Shown: piece by piece, positions 10,122 through 21,051 of the stretch
Numbering within the stretch: the stretch's first letter is position 1
How the letters are laid out: every line of letters starts with the position of its first letter
From: an uncultured Verrucomicrobiae bacterium
GTDB lineage: Bacteria; Verrucomicrobiota; Verrucomicrobiia; Limisphaerales; CAVQOW01
Reading direction: 5' to 3'
DNA: 64,000 nucleotides
Assembly (NCBI GenBank): GCA_963714605.1
Contig: CAVQOW010000005.1
Coordinates: 5,584-69,583, forward strand
The notes under the pieces: generated by a model
Databases searched by the model: none
Seen by the model: only the letters and a program-made list of their open reading frames with translations
What the model was told of the DNA's origin: nothing
Position numbers and translations under genes: made by a program

Positions 10122-10991
10122 AAGCCCATATCAAAATGAGGAATGGAGCGAACGATGGCAGATGATGGCGCAACCGAGCGTAAGGAAGGCTTGATGAATA
10201 TCGGCGCGACGTTCGTAACGAATCCGCAGGCGGCGGAACTGGTGCAACCAACTGAGGGTGCGTTCCACAACCCAGCGCGTTTTACCCAACCCGCTTCCAT
10301 GCGGCGTTCGCGGGCGTGCCAGTTGATCGGCGATGCCGCGCTGTTGCAACCAGCGATGATGCGCGGCACTGCCGTAGGCGCGATCGCCTTGCACGACCTC
10401 TGGCCGTTGACGCGGGCGACCGACCTTGCCCGGCACGGCAGGAATGGCCGCCACGAGCGGTTGGAGTTGGCGGCTGTCATGCACGTTGGCCGCCGTCAAC
10501 TGGATGCTCAACGGCAAGCCTTGGGCATCGGTGCAAAGATGATGTTTGCTGCCCGCTTTGCGGCGGTCCGTCGGGTTGGGTCCCGTCTGAAGCCCCCAAA
10601 AACCGCGCGCACACTGCTGGAGTCCACTACGGCTCGTGACCAATCGAGCCGATCGGCTACGTGTAAGCGGCGCAACAATTCCCGATGGAGTTTTTCCCAG
10701 ACGCCGGCCTTTTGCCAATCGCGCAGTCGGCGCCAGCAGGTCATGCCACTGCCACAACCCATTTCCAAAGGCAGGTCTTGCCAAGCCATACCGGTCTTGA
10801 GCACGAAGAGAATTCCGGTCAACGTCGCGCGATCCGAAATCGGTTTGCGCCCGGGAAATTTTCTTCGCCGCGCTCTTGGTGGAAGCAAGGGTTGGATCAC
10901 TGACCATAGCGAATCATCAACGAGTGGTTTTGCCATGCCCAGTTTATTGCAGAACTGGTCAAAAAATTACAATTCATTTTGTTACACGCTC
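10122..10991 (-). mobile_element. IS5-family insertion sequence (~870 bp, two-ORF type)
   Basis: Imperfect terminal IRs AAGCCCATATCAAAATGA / GAGCGTGTAACAAAATGA (13 of 18 match); TTA duplicated at 10119-10121 and 10992-10994. Confidence 0.88.
10131..10936 (-). CDS. IS5 family DDE transposase in two overlapping frames
   Basis: ORF-A GILFVLKTGMAWQDLP..TCWRRLRDWQKAGVW..VDSSSVRA; ORF-B GPNPTDRRKAGSKHH..GDRAY..RWVVERTLSWL..RRLRIRYER; junction at TTTTTGGGGG ~10593-10602. Confidence 0.92.
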
Positions 10992-11286
10992 TTAGGCACA
11001 GCTACTGACTTCGTGCCTGCCGTCGCTATGGTTCTGGCTGGCGTGCTTGTCGTCACGGCAGGCTTTCGCCGGACGGTTGGTAGCCGATTCGTCACTACAG
11101 CGATTTGGAGCGATGTGGTCGCTATCGTCGGACTCATTATCATGAACGTGGTCGGTGTAATCGCCGGAGTCGTGCATTGGACATCGTTCGATTTGTGGTT
11201 GCTCCTGACCCTGTTCTTGTGGTTTGGTCCGCCGCTTGTATCTATAGTTCTCTTATGGCAACGCAAACAGATGATCACACCATGAC

Positions 11287-11412
11287 GCCTAACCAGAGCG
11301 CTGCAATGAACCGCCGCCCCGCTGGGCGGTCGGGCGGTTCGGGTGAATTTGCTCGCGACTATTGTAGTCGCCGGTCGTAGCAGGCGGCGGCCGCTGAGCT
11401 TGGACGTTATTC
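11287..11412 (+). other. attC site (126 bp)
   Basis: GCCTAAC 2 nt after the stop; GCT(G)CA pairs with TGAGC leaving an extrahelical G; ccgccgcc/ggcggcgg inner stem; GCTGAGC-TTGGAC-GTT end. Confidence 0.85.
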
Positions 11413-11478
11413 CTCCAATTTCGATTTTGCTTTCTGAGTCGCATACAGGCGAGGCGACTGGTTTGCGTCAGATTTGAT

Positions 11479-12459
11479 TCAGTTGCCTCTGACATCCCAG
11501 GCGTCGCGCAGGCCGTCGCCGAGGAAGTTGAGCGCGAGCAGGGTTGTCACGAGCACGCCGCCGGGAAAGACAATCAGCCACCAATACATCCGGATGGGAT
11601 TGATTTGCGCGGCGCCTTCGGCGATGAGCGAGCCCCAACTGGCCATCGGCGGTTGGATGCCCAGGCCGAGGTAGCTCAGGAACGATTCGTAGAGAATGAT
11701 CGCCGGCACGGTGAGCGTGAGATAAACGATGACCACGCCGAAGACGTTCGGGATGATGTGGCGGGTCAGAATGCGCATCGGCCCGGCACCGAGCGACGCG
11801 GCTGGCTTCGACGAACGCGCCGTTCCGCAGCGACAGGACTTGTCCGCGCACGATGCGGGCCATCGTCAGCCACGAGACCGCGCCCAGCCCGACGAACAAG
11901 AACAGCAGCCGCGCCAGGATTTGCCCAGGTCGGGCGAGGCCATGCCGCGAGCCAGTGCTTTCAAGCACGCCTTCCAGCGTCGTGATGAGCACGATGACGA
12001 AGATGATCGAAGGCAGCGAATAGAGGATGTCCACGATCCGCATCATCGCGCTGTCCACCCGACCGCCGCATAACCGGCAATCGCGCCCCACAGCACGCCG
12101 ATGACGAGGCTGACGCCCGCGCCGACGATGCCGACGAGCAACGAGACTTGCGCGCCGTACAGCACCCGCGAGAAGCACGTCGCGCCCGTGCACATCCGTG
12201 CCGAACCAGTGTTGCGCGCCGGGCGGCTGGAATTGCGCGTCGGAAAGCCCGTCGGGGTCGTGCGCCTGGGCAAAGTCCTCGCGCCGCTGAGGCTTGCGAG
12301 TCGAGACCGACCGGCCAGGCCAACGACCACGAGCAGCACGCGCCAGAAACCACGCGCTGCAGACGGCGGGGCGGTTGCGTTTGAACCGCTGCCAGGCCGG
12401 CGACTGAGGCGGCGCGTCTCGACCTTCCGGTCTCTCGACTCTCGACCGGTTTCATTCAT
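11479..12459 (-). CDS. oppC: Oligopeptide ABC permease OppC (multiple frameshifts)
   Basis: RVLYGAQVSLLVG, MMRIVDILYSLP, WLTMARIVRGQVLSL, HIIPN, ESFLSYLGLG..SWGSLI, NFLGDGLRDAWD. Confidence 0.85.
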
Positions 12460-13436
12460 ATTTCACCCTCGGGTCCAGCAGCATGTAGGCAAAGTCCACG
12501 AGCAGGTTCAGCACGATCAGCAGCGCGGCGTAAAGCAGCACCAGGCCGACGACCATGGTATAATCGCGATTCAACGAGCCGTTCACAAGAAACACGCCCA
12601 GGCCGGGCATCTGAAAGATGTTTTCGATGACAAACGAGCCGGTCAGCAAATCGGCCAGCATCGGGCCGGAGTAGGAAACGACGGGCAGCATGGCGATGCG
12701 GAAGGCGTGTTTGAGGAGCAGCGGCGTTTTCGCCGAGACCCTTGGCGCGCGCGGCGGTGACGAATTCGGATTGCATGGTGTTGAGCATCCCTTCGCGCAT
12801 CAGGCGGGCGACTTTGCCGGAGAAATAAAGGCCCAGCGCGATCGGCGGCAAAATCACGTGCAACGGCGATTCCCACAGCGCCACCGGCAGCCAGTGCCAT
12901 TTGATCGCAAAAATCAGGATCAACAACGGCGCGACGACGAAGCCCGGAATGCAGACGGCGAGCACGGCCAAAAAACTGCCGGCATAATCCTGCCAGCGCC
13001 CGCGCCGGGCCGCGGTGAAAAAACCGAGCGGCAAGCCCGACGCCCATCGCGAAACCGAACGCCAGCAAGCCGAGCGCAGGGAGACCGGCAAGCCCTGCGC
13101 GATGATGTCGTTGACGGTATGGTTGCGGTATTGGAGCGAAACGGCGGCGCGGAGCCAATCGCCCTGGCGTCTCCCAGACGCCCAGGTAGCGGAGATATTG
13201 TTTCCAGAGCGGTTCATCGAGGTGATATTTCGCCTTCATGTTGCGTTCGATTTCCGGCGAAGCCGGCTTGCGCTCGCGGTCAAACGGGCCGCCCGGCGCG
13301 AGTGCACGAGCACAAACGCCAGCAGGCTGATGACCAGAACAGCAGCGGGCAGGCAGGCGTAAGAGGCAGAGTGCGGGTCTGGAGTCGAAATAGCATTTCG
13401 TTCGCCGGCCTTCGACGGTTTGGCCGCGGCCTTCAC
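12452..13436 (-). CDS. oppB: Oligopeptide ABC permease OppB (multiple frameshifts; start approximate)
   Basis: KYHLDEPLWKQYLRYL, FVTAARAKGL, LTGSFVIENIF..PGLG, RDY, NLLVD..LDPRV. Confidence 0.85.
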
Positions 13437-13437
13437 C

Positions 13438-15060
13438 TTACGAATGTGGTTGAGCGGGTGCTCGTCGAGAATATTCTGGTAGATGCCCTGGATTTTTTCG
13501 GTCGAAGTAATTCAAGCCGGCATAAAAATAAATCGGGATGATCGGCACTTCGTCGCGGACCAGCATGGTCTCGGCCTGCTGGAAAAGCTTTTCGCGCTGC
13601 TTCGGGTCGGTTTGCTGGTTGGCCTCGTGGATCAGTTCGTCGTACTGCGCATTCTTCCAGCCGGTGCGGTTGTTGCCGTTGTTGCTGATGAACAGTCGAG
13701 AAACGTGTTCGGCGTCATTGTAATCGCCAATCCAACTGGAGCGCGCAGATATCGTAGTCCAGCTGCGACTGCGCAGCTGTAAAAGGACTTTCCATTCGAC
13801 CTGCCGCAAATCCATCTCGATGCCCAGATTCGTCGCGCCACATCTGCTGCAACTCGACGGCGATTCCTGCGTGGATTTTGGCGCGCGCCGCCCGCCGCCG
13901 CGTTGAACATGTATTCGAACCGCGGAAAACCTTTGCCGCCCGGGTAACCGGCCTCGGCCAGCAGCTTGCGGCGCCAGCGCCGGGATCGTAACCGAGTCCC
14001 GGGGGCGGAGTGTAATTGGCCGTGCCCGGCGGGATCAAGCTGTCGCGCGGCTATTTCGCCGGCCCGCGTGATTTTTTTGACGATGCGTTCCTTGTCCATC
14101 GCCAGCGCGAGCGCCCGGCGGACGCGCGGGTCGTCGAACGGTTTGCGCGTGACGTTGAACCGGACGAAATAAGTGCCGAGATAATTGAAGCAGTGGAAAT
14201 CCGGGCGCTTGCAGCAGCACGTCCATCAATTCGCCGGGCACAAGGTCCTTGTCCCAGCACGATGTCCGCCTGGCCGCTTTCGTAAAGGTTGAGCGCCGTG
14301 TCCGGCGAACCGATCGGCAGAAAGTCAATGATTTGCGAGCGCGTGTTGGCGGCGTCCCAATAGCGCGGATTTTTGTTGAGGCGAACCTTGTCGTTGAGCC
14401 GCCAATCGACAAGTTCAAACGGCCCGCTGACCGGCAGCGGCGTGGCCATGAGCCAGCGGTCGCCATATTTTTCGATGGTCTGGCGCGGCACGACGCTCAG
14501 CGTCGGGAAACGCGCACAGATCGAGAAAAAACGCCGTGGGATGATTCAATTCCACGCGCACGGTGTATTTGTCCGGCGCGTGAACGCCGACGTGCGCCGG
14601 GTCTTTGATTTTGCCGTTGTCAAAATCCTCGCCGTTTTTCAGATAAAAAAACTGGCCGGCGTAATCGGACGCTGTCGCCGGACTTGCAGCGCGCGCATCC
14701 AGGAATAAACCACGTCGTCGGCCGTGATGGGCTCGCCGGTGGACCAGACCAGATTGGTGCGCAGATGAAAGGTGTAGATGCGGCCGTCCGGCGAAATCTC
14801 CCAGCTGTTCGGCCAGGCCGGGGATCGGGCCGCGCGGTCTTGGGGTCGAGCCGGGTCAGGCCTTCGAACAGATGCCGATGACAACGCGACATTCCGGCAT
14901 GCCGGTGATGATGGCGGGGTCGAGCGATTCCGGCTCGGCGCCGTTGATGATGACGAGGTCGGCAGGCGGTTCGTGGCGCGCACAGCCGGAGGTTAGAACA
15001 ACGAAGCAGCAGAAGCGAAACATTGCAAAGCCGGCGGGTGACGCGGCGAATCGATGGCAC
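13438..15060 (-). CDS. oppA: Peptide ABC substrate-binding lipoprotein OppA (many frameshifts; start approximate)
   Basis: Lipobox LTSGC, NGAEPESLDPA, LFEGLTRLD, WEISPDGRIYTFHLR, SGPFELVDW, KNPRYWDA, LLAEAGYPGG, WIGDY. Confidence 0.85.
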
Positions 15061-15120
15061 TGCTGGCTGGCCGAGCGTGACGACAACTTCCGCCTGGTTG
15101 CAGCGGCGCGTTCGGAAAAT

Positions 15121-15573
15121 TCATCGCCGGTTATTTTTGCGGCGCAGGCGCGGGCGCTTGCTGCTGGCCGCGACGGCGGCCGGGGCGTTGCTGGCGGCGC
15201 GACGGCTGGCATGCGGCAGCGCGTTGCTGCGGCGCGCGCCGGCGTTGGTGGCAAGCGGCAGGCATGGCAGGAACGCGTTCGTTTGCCTTTGCTCGAGCGC
15301 GATTCGAAATTCCGAGGTTCGATTGGTCGTGAACTGGTTTGCAGAATGCCAGCAGGCCACCAGCGCAGAAGAAAAATCGACCGTGCCGTATTTCGTGATC
15401 TTGGTCAGCGCGTTGCCCGAGCCCGCGCCGAACAGCGCGTCCGTCGCCGCCGCCGCCAAAGGCCATGCCCGCGCCGGCTTCCTTCTTCGGCAGTTGAATC
15501 AGCACCAGCAGAATCAACAGCAGCACAATCGAGCACCAGCAACGACGGTCAAAAATCCAATTAAGAAACTCAT
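15121..15573 (-). CDS. secG: Preprotein translocase subunit SecG (frameshifted; end approximate)
   Basis: LLILLVLIQLPKKEAGAGMAFGG..TDALFGAGSGNALTKIT; follows tpiA. Confidence 0.85.
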
Positions 15574-15584
15574 ACATTCAGTGT

Positions 15585-16353
15585 CTAGATCGAATTTTTG
15601 ATGATGTCAGCAAAACTTCGCGCTTCGAGCGACGCGCCGCCGACGAGCGCGCCGTCCACGTCCGGCTGGCTCATCAACTCGCGGGCGTTCGACGGCTTGA
15701 CGCTGCCGCCGTATTGGATGCGCACCTTCTGGGCCACGGCCTCGTCGAACATCTTCGCCAGCAGTCCGCGGATGAACGCGTGCGCGTCCTGCGCCTGCTG
15801 CGGTCGTCGCGGTCTTGCCGGTGCCGATGGCCCAGACCGGTTCGTAGGCGATGATGGTTTCGACCATCTGCTCCCTGGTCAAACCGGCGAGGCTGCCGCG
15901 GACCTGGGTGTCGAGGACTTTTTCCGTCTGGCCCGCTTCGCGTTCGGCCAGCGTTTCGCCGACGCAGACGATCGGCTTGAGCGAAGCGGCGTGCGCCGCC
16001 AGCGCCTTTTTGGCGATCAGCGCGTCGCGATTCCTTCTGATACTGCCGCCGCTCGGAGTGGCCGAGGATGACGTAGCGCACGGAAAATTCCTTGAGCATC
16101 CCGGCGCAGATTTCGCCGGTGAACGCGCCGTAATTGTTGCTCGCTCATGTTCTGCGCGCCGAGGCGGATGTTCGAGTCAAGCATCGCCTTGGACACCGAC
16201 TCCAGCGCGGTGAACGGCGGGCAGACGACGATGTCCACTTCCTTCACGTTGGCCAGGTCGAGTTTCAGGTCGCTGCACCAGTGCCAGCGCCTCGGCGACG
16301 GTTTTGTTCATCTTCCAGTTGCCGGCGATGATCAGTTTTCGTTCTTTGTTCAT
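15585..16353 (-). CDS. tpiA: Triosephosphate isomerase (frameshifted)
   Basis: [34 protein letters not shown]. Confidence 0.93.
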
Positions 16354-16363
16354 TTCGGTTTCC

Positions 16364-16391
16364 GATCTCAAATCTCCAATTTCAAATCTCA
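16364..16391. repeat. Heptamer tandem array in pgk-tpiA spacer
   Basis: gatctca aatctcc aatttca aatctca. Confidence 0.65.
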
Positions 16392-16396
16392 ATTCG

Positions 16397-17680
16397 TCAA
16401 CCGCCGCAGGCGTAACAATAAGCACCCTTGTCCTCAAGCGCCGCCACGCCGGGGAGTCGTGCCTTCCAAAAATTCCAGGCTCGCGCCGCCGCCGGTGCTC
16501 ATGAACGTGACTTTGTCGCCGAGCTTGGCCTTGTTGAGCGCCTTCACGCTGTCGCCGCCGCCGATGATGCTCTTCGCGCCGTTCTTCTGCGTGGCGTCGG
16601 CCACGGCTTGGGCGACGGCAAACGTGCCTGCGGCAAACTGCTTGTTCTCGAACAAGCCCATCGGGCCGTTCCACAAAATCGTCTTCGCCTTTGCGATCAC
16701 ATCGGAATATGTCTTCACGGTGGCCGGGCCGATGTCGAGACCCGCGGCGTCGTCCGGGCAATTCATGTCGGAACTCGTGCGCGCGATTTTGGTAGTCAAT
16801 GACGGGCTTGCCTTTCTTGTCCAGCTTGTCGGTCTTGACCGGCGTGGCGACGACATCGTCCACCGGCAGCAAGAAATTGCACGTTCTTCGCCTTGGCCTT
16901 GTCGAGCGCGGATTTGGCGACGTCGGTCTTGTCTGGTTCGACGAGCGACTTGCCGGTCTTGTAGCCCTGCGCCAGCCGGAACGTGTAAGCCATCGCGCCA
17001 CCAATGAGAATGGCGTCCGCCTTTTCCAGGAGACGGTCAATGACCTTGATTTTGTCGGAAACTTTCGCGCCGCCGAGGATGACGACGAACGGCCGGGCGG
17101 GATTGTCCAGTTCGTCGCCGAGGAATTTCAATTCGCGTTCCATCAGCAAACCCGCGGCGCACTGGCCGCCGCGCTTGGCCACCACGCGCGCCACGCCTTC
17201 GGTGGAAGCATGGGCGCGATGCGCGGAGCCGAAAGCGTCGTTTACGTAAACATCGGCCACCTTGGCCAGTTTTTCGGCGAACGCCGGGTCGTTGGCTTCT
17301 TCCTCGTTGTAGTAGCGGACGTTTTCGAGCAGGAGCACGTCGCCCGCTTTCAACGCGGCGGCGGTTTTCTCAACCTTTTCGCCGATGCAATCATCCACAA
17401 ACGCCACGGGCCGTCCCAGCAATTCGGCGAGTCGCGCCGCGACGGGCCGCAGCGACATGGTGGGATCGCGCTTGCCCTTGGGACGACCGAGGTGCGCCGC
17501 CAGGATGATTTTCCCGCCTTGCTCGATCAGCAGTCGCAGCGTCGGCAGGGTTTCTTTGATGCGCGTGTCGTCGGTGATGACCATCTGGCCGTCCTTTTCC
17601 TCCATCGGCACGTTGTAATCCACGCGCACAAAAACGCGTTTCCCGCGAACATTCAAATCTCTAACTGTCAGTTTGGCCAT
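16397..17680 (-). CDS. pgk: Phosphoglycerate kinase (frameshifted near 3' end; end approximate)
   Basis: [63 protein letters not shown]. Confidence 0.95.
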
Positions 17681-17778
17681 AAATTAGTCCCAAATTTTAA
17701 TTGGGGTCGGACAGGATAATAAACCAGGGCGGTGAGTCAAAATGATTCGGCGGGCGTTTAAGATTGAAATCTTTTCGG

Positions 17779-17808
17779 CTTTGGACTTTGGACTTTGGAC
17801 TTTAGACT
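17779..17808. repeat. Heptamer tandem array (CTTTGGA x4) just upstream of murJ start
   Basis: ctttgga ctttgga ctttgga ctttaga ct. Confidence 0.8.
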
Positions 17809-17817
17809 GCACCCCCG

Positions 17818-19395
17818 ATGTCGCAAATGTTGAAATCCTCCGGCGCAATGGCCGGTGCCACCCTGACCAGCCGCGTGCTCGGCATGGTGCGTGAGATGGT
17901 CTATGCGCGATTCATGGGCGACGGCTGGGTGGCGGGCGCATTCCAAGTGGCTTTCACAATCCCGAACCTTTTTCGCCGACTGCTCGGCGAAGGCGCGCTG
18001 ACGGCGGCCTTCATCCCGATTTTCAAGGAAAAGGAAAAGACCGTCGGCGAACAGGAAATGTGGCGCGCGGCCAACGCGGTGATTTCCGGAATGATCATTG
18101 CAGCAGCGGTGGTCATCGCGCTGGTGATGCTCGTCGTGTCGGTGGCGCTAAATATGCACCAGTTTCCGGCCCAAGCGGACCTCATGCTGCGGCTGCTGCG
18201 GGTAATGTTTCCCTACATGTTGCTGGTCTGTCTGGCGGCGGCGTTCATGGGGATGCTCAACGCGCGCGGCCATTTCTTCATCCCTGCAATGGGCGCGACG
18301 ATGCTCAACGTGGTGATGATCGCATCGGTGCTCTGGCTGGCGCCGCGCTGGGGGCACGTGCTGCACGAGCAGATTTTCGCACTGGCCATCGGCGTACTGG
18401 TGGCCGGCGTGGCGCAAGCGACATTTCAATTACCGACGTTGCTGCGTGACGGGTTCCGTTATAGGTGGGTTTCGCCGTGGCGCGACGAAACCGTGGCTCG
18501 CGTGGTGCGCCAGATGATTCCGGGCGCAATTGGTGTGGCCGCGTTTCAGATCAATGTGGTGCTCATTCAGGGCCTCGGCCTGTGGCTGGACACGCCGGAA
18601 CATCCTCTCATTGCGCCGTTCAACTATGCCGTGCGTCTCATGGAATTGCCACAGGGCGTCTTTGGCATCTCACTTGCGACATTTCTATTGCCCACGCTCT
18701 CCGGTCTGGCGGCGGAAAAAAAAATTGCGGAGTTCCGTTCGACGCTGCGACAGGGCATGGCGCACCTGGTGCTGGTCAATCTGCTCATGTCCGTGCTGCT
18801 TGTGACGCTGGCGGAGCCGATCATTCGGTTGTTGTTTGAGCGCGGAAAATTCGGGCCGGATTCAACCACTCGAGCGACGCTGGCGCTTGAATATCTCGGC
18901 CCAAGCTTGGTGGCGTATTCAGTGGTGAACGTGCTGGCGCGCGCCTTCTTCGCACTGGGCGACACAAAAACGCCGATGAAAATCAGCATCGTCTGTTTGG
19001 CGCTAAACATGGCATTCGCGGTCTGTTTGGTGTGGCCTTTCCGTCAAGGCGGACTGGGGCTCGCCAACACCGTCAGTTCCGCCTTCAACGTTGCGCTGCT
19101 GCTTTACGCCCTGCGCCGCAAGCTGGGGAAACTGGAAATGGAATCGTTGCGCGGATCGCTCGGACCTCTGGCGATGGCGGGCATGCTCGCAGTGGGAATC
19201 TCGTGGTGGGGCGGGCGATATTGGGAAAGGACGCTCGGACATGAAACGTTAGCCATGAAAATCGGCGCGGTCTTTGCGCCAGCGTCAGTCGCGGGCATGA
19301 TTTATTGGCTCACGGCACTGGCGTTCAAAATCCCGGCGGCGAAAGAAATGACTCACTTCGCACTGCAAAAATTTTGGCGGAAAGAGCGCGACTGA
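17818..19395 (+). CDS. murJ: Lipid II flippase MurJ
   Basis: SRVLGMVRE, AFTIPNLFRRLLGEGAL, RLMELPQGVFG, DTKTP. Confidence 0.95.
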   Translation: MSQMLKSSGAMAGATLTSRVLGMVREMVYARFMGDGWVAGAFQVAFTIPNLFRRLLGEGALTAAFIPIFKEKEKTVGEQEMWRAANAVISGMIIAAAVVIALVMLVVSVALNMHQFPAQADLMLRLLRVMFPYMLLVCLAAAFMGMLNARGHFFIPAMGATMLNVVMIASVLWLAPRWGHVLHEQIFALAIGVLVAGVAQATFQLPTLLRDGFRYRWVSPWRDETVARVVRQMIPGAIGVAAFQINVVLIQGLGLWLDTPEHPLIAPFNYAVRLMELPQGVFGISLATFLLPTLSGLAAEKKIAEFRSTLRQGMAHLVLVNLLMSVLLVTLAEPIIRLLFERGKFGPDSTTRATLALEYLGPSLVAYSVVNVLARAFFALGDTKTPMKISIVCLALNMAFAVCLVWPFRQGGLGLANTVSSAFNVALLLYALRRKLGKLEMESLRGSLGPLAMAGMLAVGISWWGGRYWERTLGHETLAMKIGAVFAPASVAGMIYWLTALAFKIPAAKEMTHFALQKFWRKERD

Positions 19396-19407
19396 GTATT
19401 TCCAAGT

Positions 19408-20280
19408 TCACACCGGCACGATTGCCGTCCAGCAAGTATGTCCAAATTTGCCTTTGAACTTTTCCAGCAGTGTTTCGGCGGCCGATTTTTGTTCGACAAT
19501 GGCGAAGGTGGTTGAACCGCTGCCGGACATGAGCGTGACGGTCGCGCCGTGCGACCGCAGGAATTCCTGGTACAGCGCCAGCACCGGATGCTTTTCCAGC
19601 ACGGGCGCTTCGAGTGAGTTGTAGAATTCCCGGCTTGCCGCTTGAAGCTTGCCTGCTTGGAGCAGGCCAACCAGTTTTTGCGCGCGCCCCGGCTGGCCAT
19701 CCAGCGCGGCTGGAAACCGGGCAAGGTTTTGATATGCCCACGCGGTCGAAACACCGAAGCCGGGATGAATCAACAAAAACATCGCGCTGCGCAACGCGGG
19801 AAAAATATCAAGCGGCTGAATCTGCTCACCGCGTCCAGTCGCGAGCGCGGGCTTGGCTTGCAGGAAAAACGGCGTGTCGGAGCCGAGTGACGCTGCGAGT
19901 TCATGGAGTTTTTCCGGTAACAAGGGCCGGCCGAAAAGTTCATTCAAACCGAGCAATGTCGTCGCTGCGTTGCCGCTGCCACCGCCGAGACCCGCGGCGA
20001 GTGGAATTTTTTTCTCCAGATGGATTTGGATGCCGTCGGAGATTTTTGCCGCCTGCAGAAAGGCTGTCGCCGCGCGGTGCACGAGGTTGCGGGAATCCGT
20101 CGGCAAGCTCGTGTCGCTGCATGTCAATTCCACACCGCTGCCGCCGCTCGTGAAGTCCAACCGGTCGCATACGTTGACCGGCTGCAACACGGTTTCCAGT
20201 TCATGGAAGCCGTCGGCGCGCCTGCCGAGGATGTTCAGCAGCAGGTTGACTTTGCAGGGCGATTGTTTTTCGAGCTTCAT
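19408..20280 (-). CDS. ispE: 4-diphosphocytidyl-2-C-methyl-D-erythritol kinase
   Basis: KVNLLL..RADGFHEL, KKIPLAAGLGGGSGNAA, LGSDTPFF, MSGSGST. Confidence 0.95.
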   Translation of the reverse strand: MKLEKQSPCKVNLLLNILGRRADGFHELETVLQPVNVCDRLDFTSGGSGVELTCSDTSLPTDSRNLVHRAATAFLQAAKISDGIQIHLEKKIPLAAGLGGGSGNAATTLLGLNELFGRPLLPEKLHELAASLGSDTPFFLQAKPALATGRGEQIQPLDIFPALRSAMFLLIHPGFGVSTAWAYQNLARFPAALDGQPGRAQKLVGLLQAGKLQAASREFYNSLEAPVLEKHPVLALYQEFLRSHGATVTLMSGSGSTTFAIVEQKSAAETLLEKFKGKFGHTCWTAIVPV

Positions 20281-20324
20281 GCCAGCATGGCCACAGAAAT
20301 CTTAACGCATTCAACTGATTGCAG

Positions 20325-20357
20325 AAAAAGAAAAAGCGCCAACTGCATGTTGGCGCT
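20325..20357 (-). terminator. Intrinsic terminator after the lipoprotein gene
   Basis: agcgccaac-tgcat-gttggcgct stem followed by U-tract on minus strand. Confidence 0.65.
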
Positions 20358-20383
20358 CGCGGGAAAGTGGACTTGCCATCAGC

Positions 20384-20824
20384 TCAGTTGTCGAAGACGT
20401 GAAAACGGCTCCCGGGAATGAACGGGGCGATGTCCCCGCCGCTAAAACCGGTGTAAGTGTCGGTGGCAAAGGTGGTGTCCTCAATCAGCTTCGGTGTGTA
20501 ACTGTCCGGGTAAACCGGGTTCGGCGCAAGATACGAAGTGCAAATCGGATCGTAAGGCGGGATCGGCGCCGTGGCCATTTCAAAAATGCCGAGTCCAGTG
20601 CGCGCGATCGTGCGGTCGAGACCGCGAATAAAACCGGCGGTGTAGCCGGCTTCTGGCGACTCGAGCACGGCGGTTTGTTCGATTGAACGGCGCAGTTCAC
20701 CCATGCGCACGACCTCAAGGGCATTGTTCATGCCACGTCCAAACTTTGTTTCCTGGCTTGCACAGCCGGCCGCCATCAAACCCGCCAACAATACCATGCC
20801 AAAAAGAGATGCAGAGTTACGCAT
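20384..20824 (-). CDS. Lipoprotein resembling exosortase-associated TIGR04073 family
   Basis: Lipobox LMAAGC; KFGRGMNN..G..RG..RT..G.FEMATAPIP pattern recalled for this family. Confidence 0.65.
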   Translation of the reverse strand: MRNSASLFGMVLLAGLMAAGCASQETKFGRGMNNALEVVRMGELRRSIEQTAVLESPEAGYTAGFIRGLDRTIARTGLGIFEMATAPIPPYDPICTSYLAPNPVYPDSYTPKLIEDTTFATDTYTGFSGGDIAPFIPGSRFHVFDN

Positions 20825-21051
20825 AATTTTCACGTTGCCGACTGCAGCTTAGCGTGATCCGGTTGCTTGTAAAGCACCTTTTGAATCTGGCACACGTGGT
20901 TCGGCTTCGGTCGGCTTCACAGGTCCCTGCGGGAACTTTTCATGCCGACAGACCAGACCCCTGCTGGGCATACCAGACGTAAACTTCAGCTTGCGTGCAA
21001 GGTGAATCGAACCAGCAAACAGGAATCCACGATCTGCGAGCGAGGGCTGCA

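Larger units (their letters stand above)
9974..11285 (+). pseudogene. Cassette-borne small membrane protein (~145 aa, about 4 TM) interrupted by IS5
   Basis: 5' part MRRSTTALIVLGLLQSIFWFPY.. to 10121; 3' part LGTATDFVPAVAMVLAGVLVV..KQMITP* from 10992; rejoining needs a 1-nt correction. Confidence 0.7.
9954..11406 (+). mobile_element. Integron gene cassette (single, no intI in window), carrying an IS5 insertion
   Basis: Leading GTTAGGC is the exact complement of attC inverse core GCCTAAC (11287); promoterless ORF tightly bounded by the two sites. Confidence 0.8.

Noticed and set aside
10143-11285. 380-aa plus-strand ORF
   Set aside because: Mostly antisense to the transposase and then runs into the 3' half of the interrupted cassette gene; a chimeric by-product.
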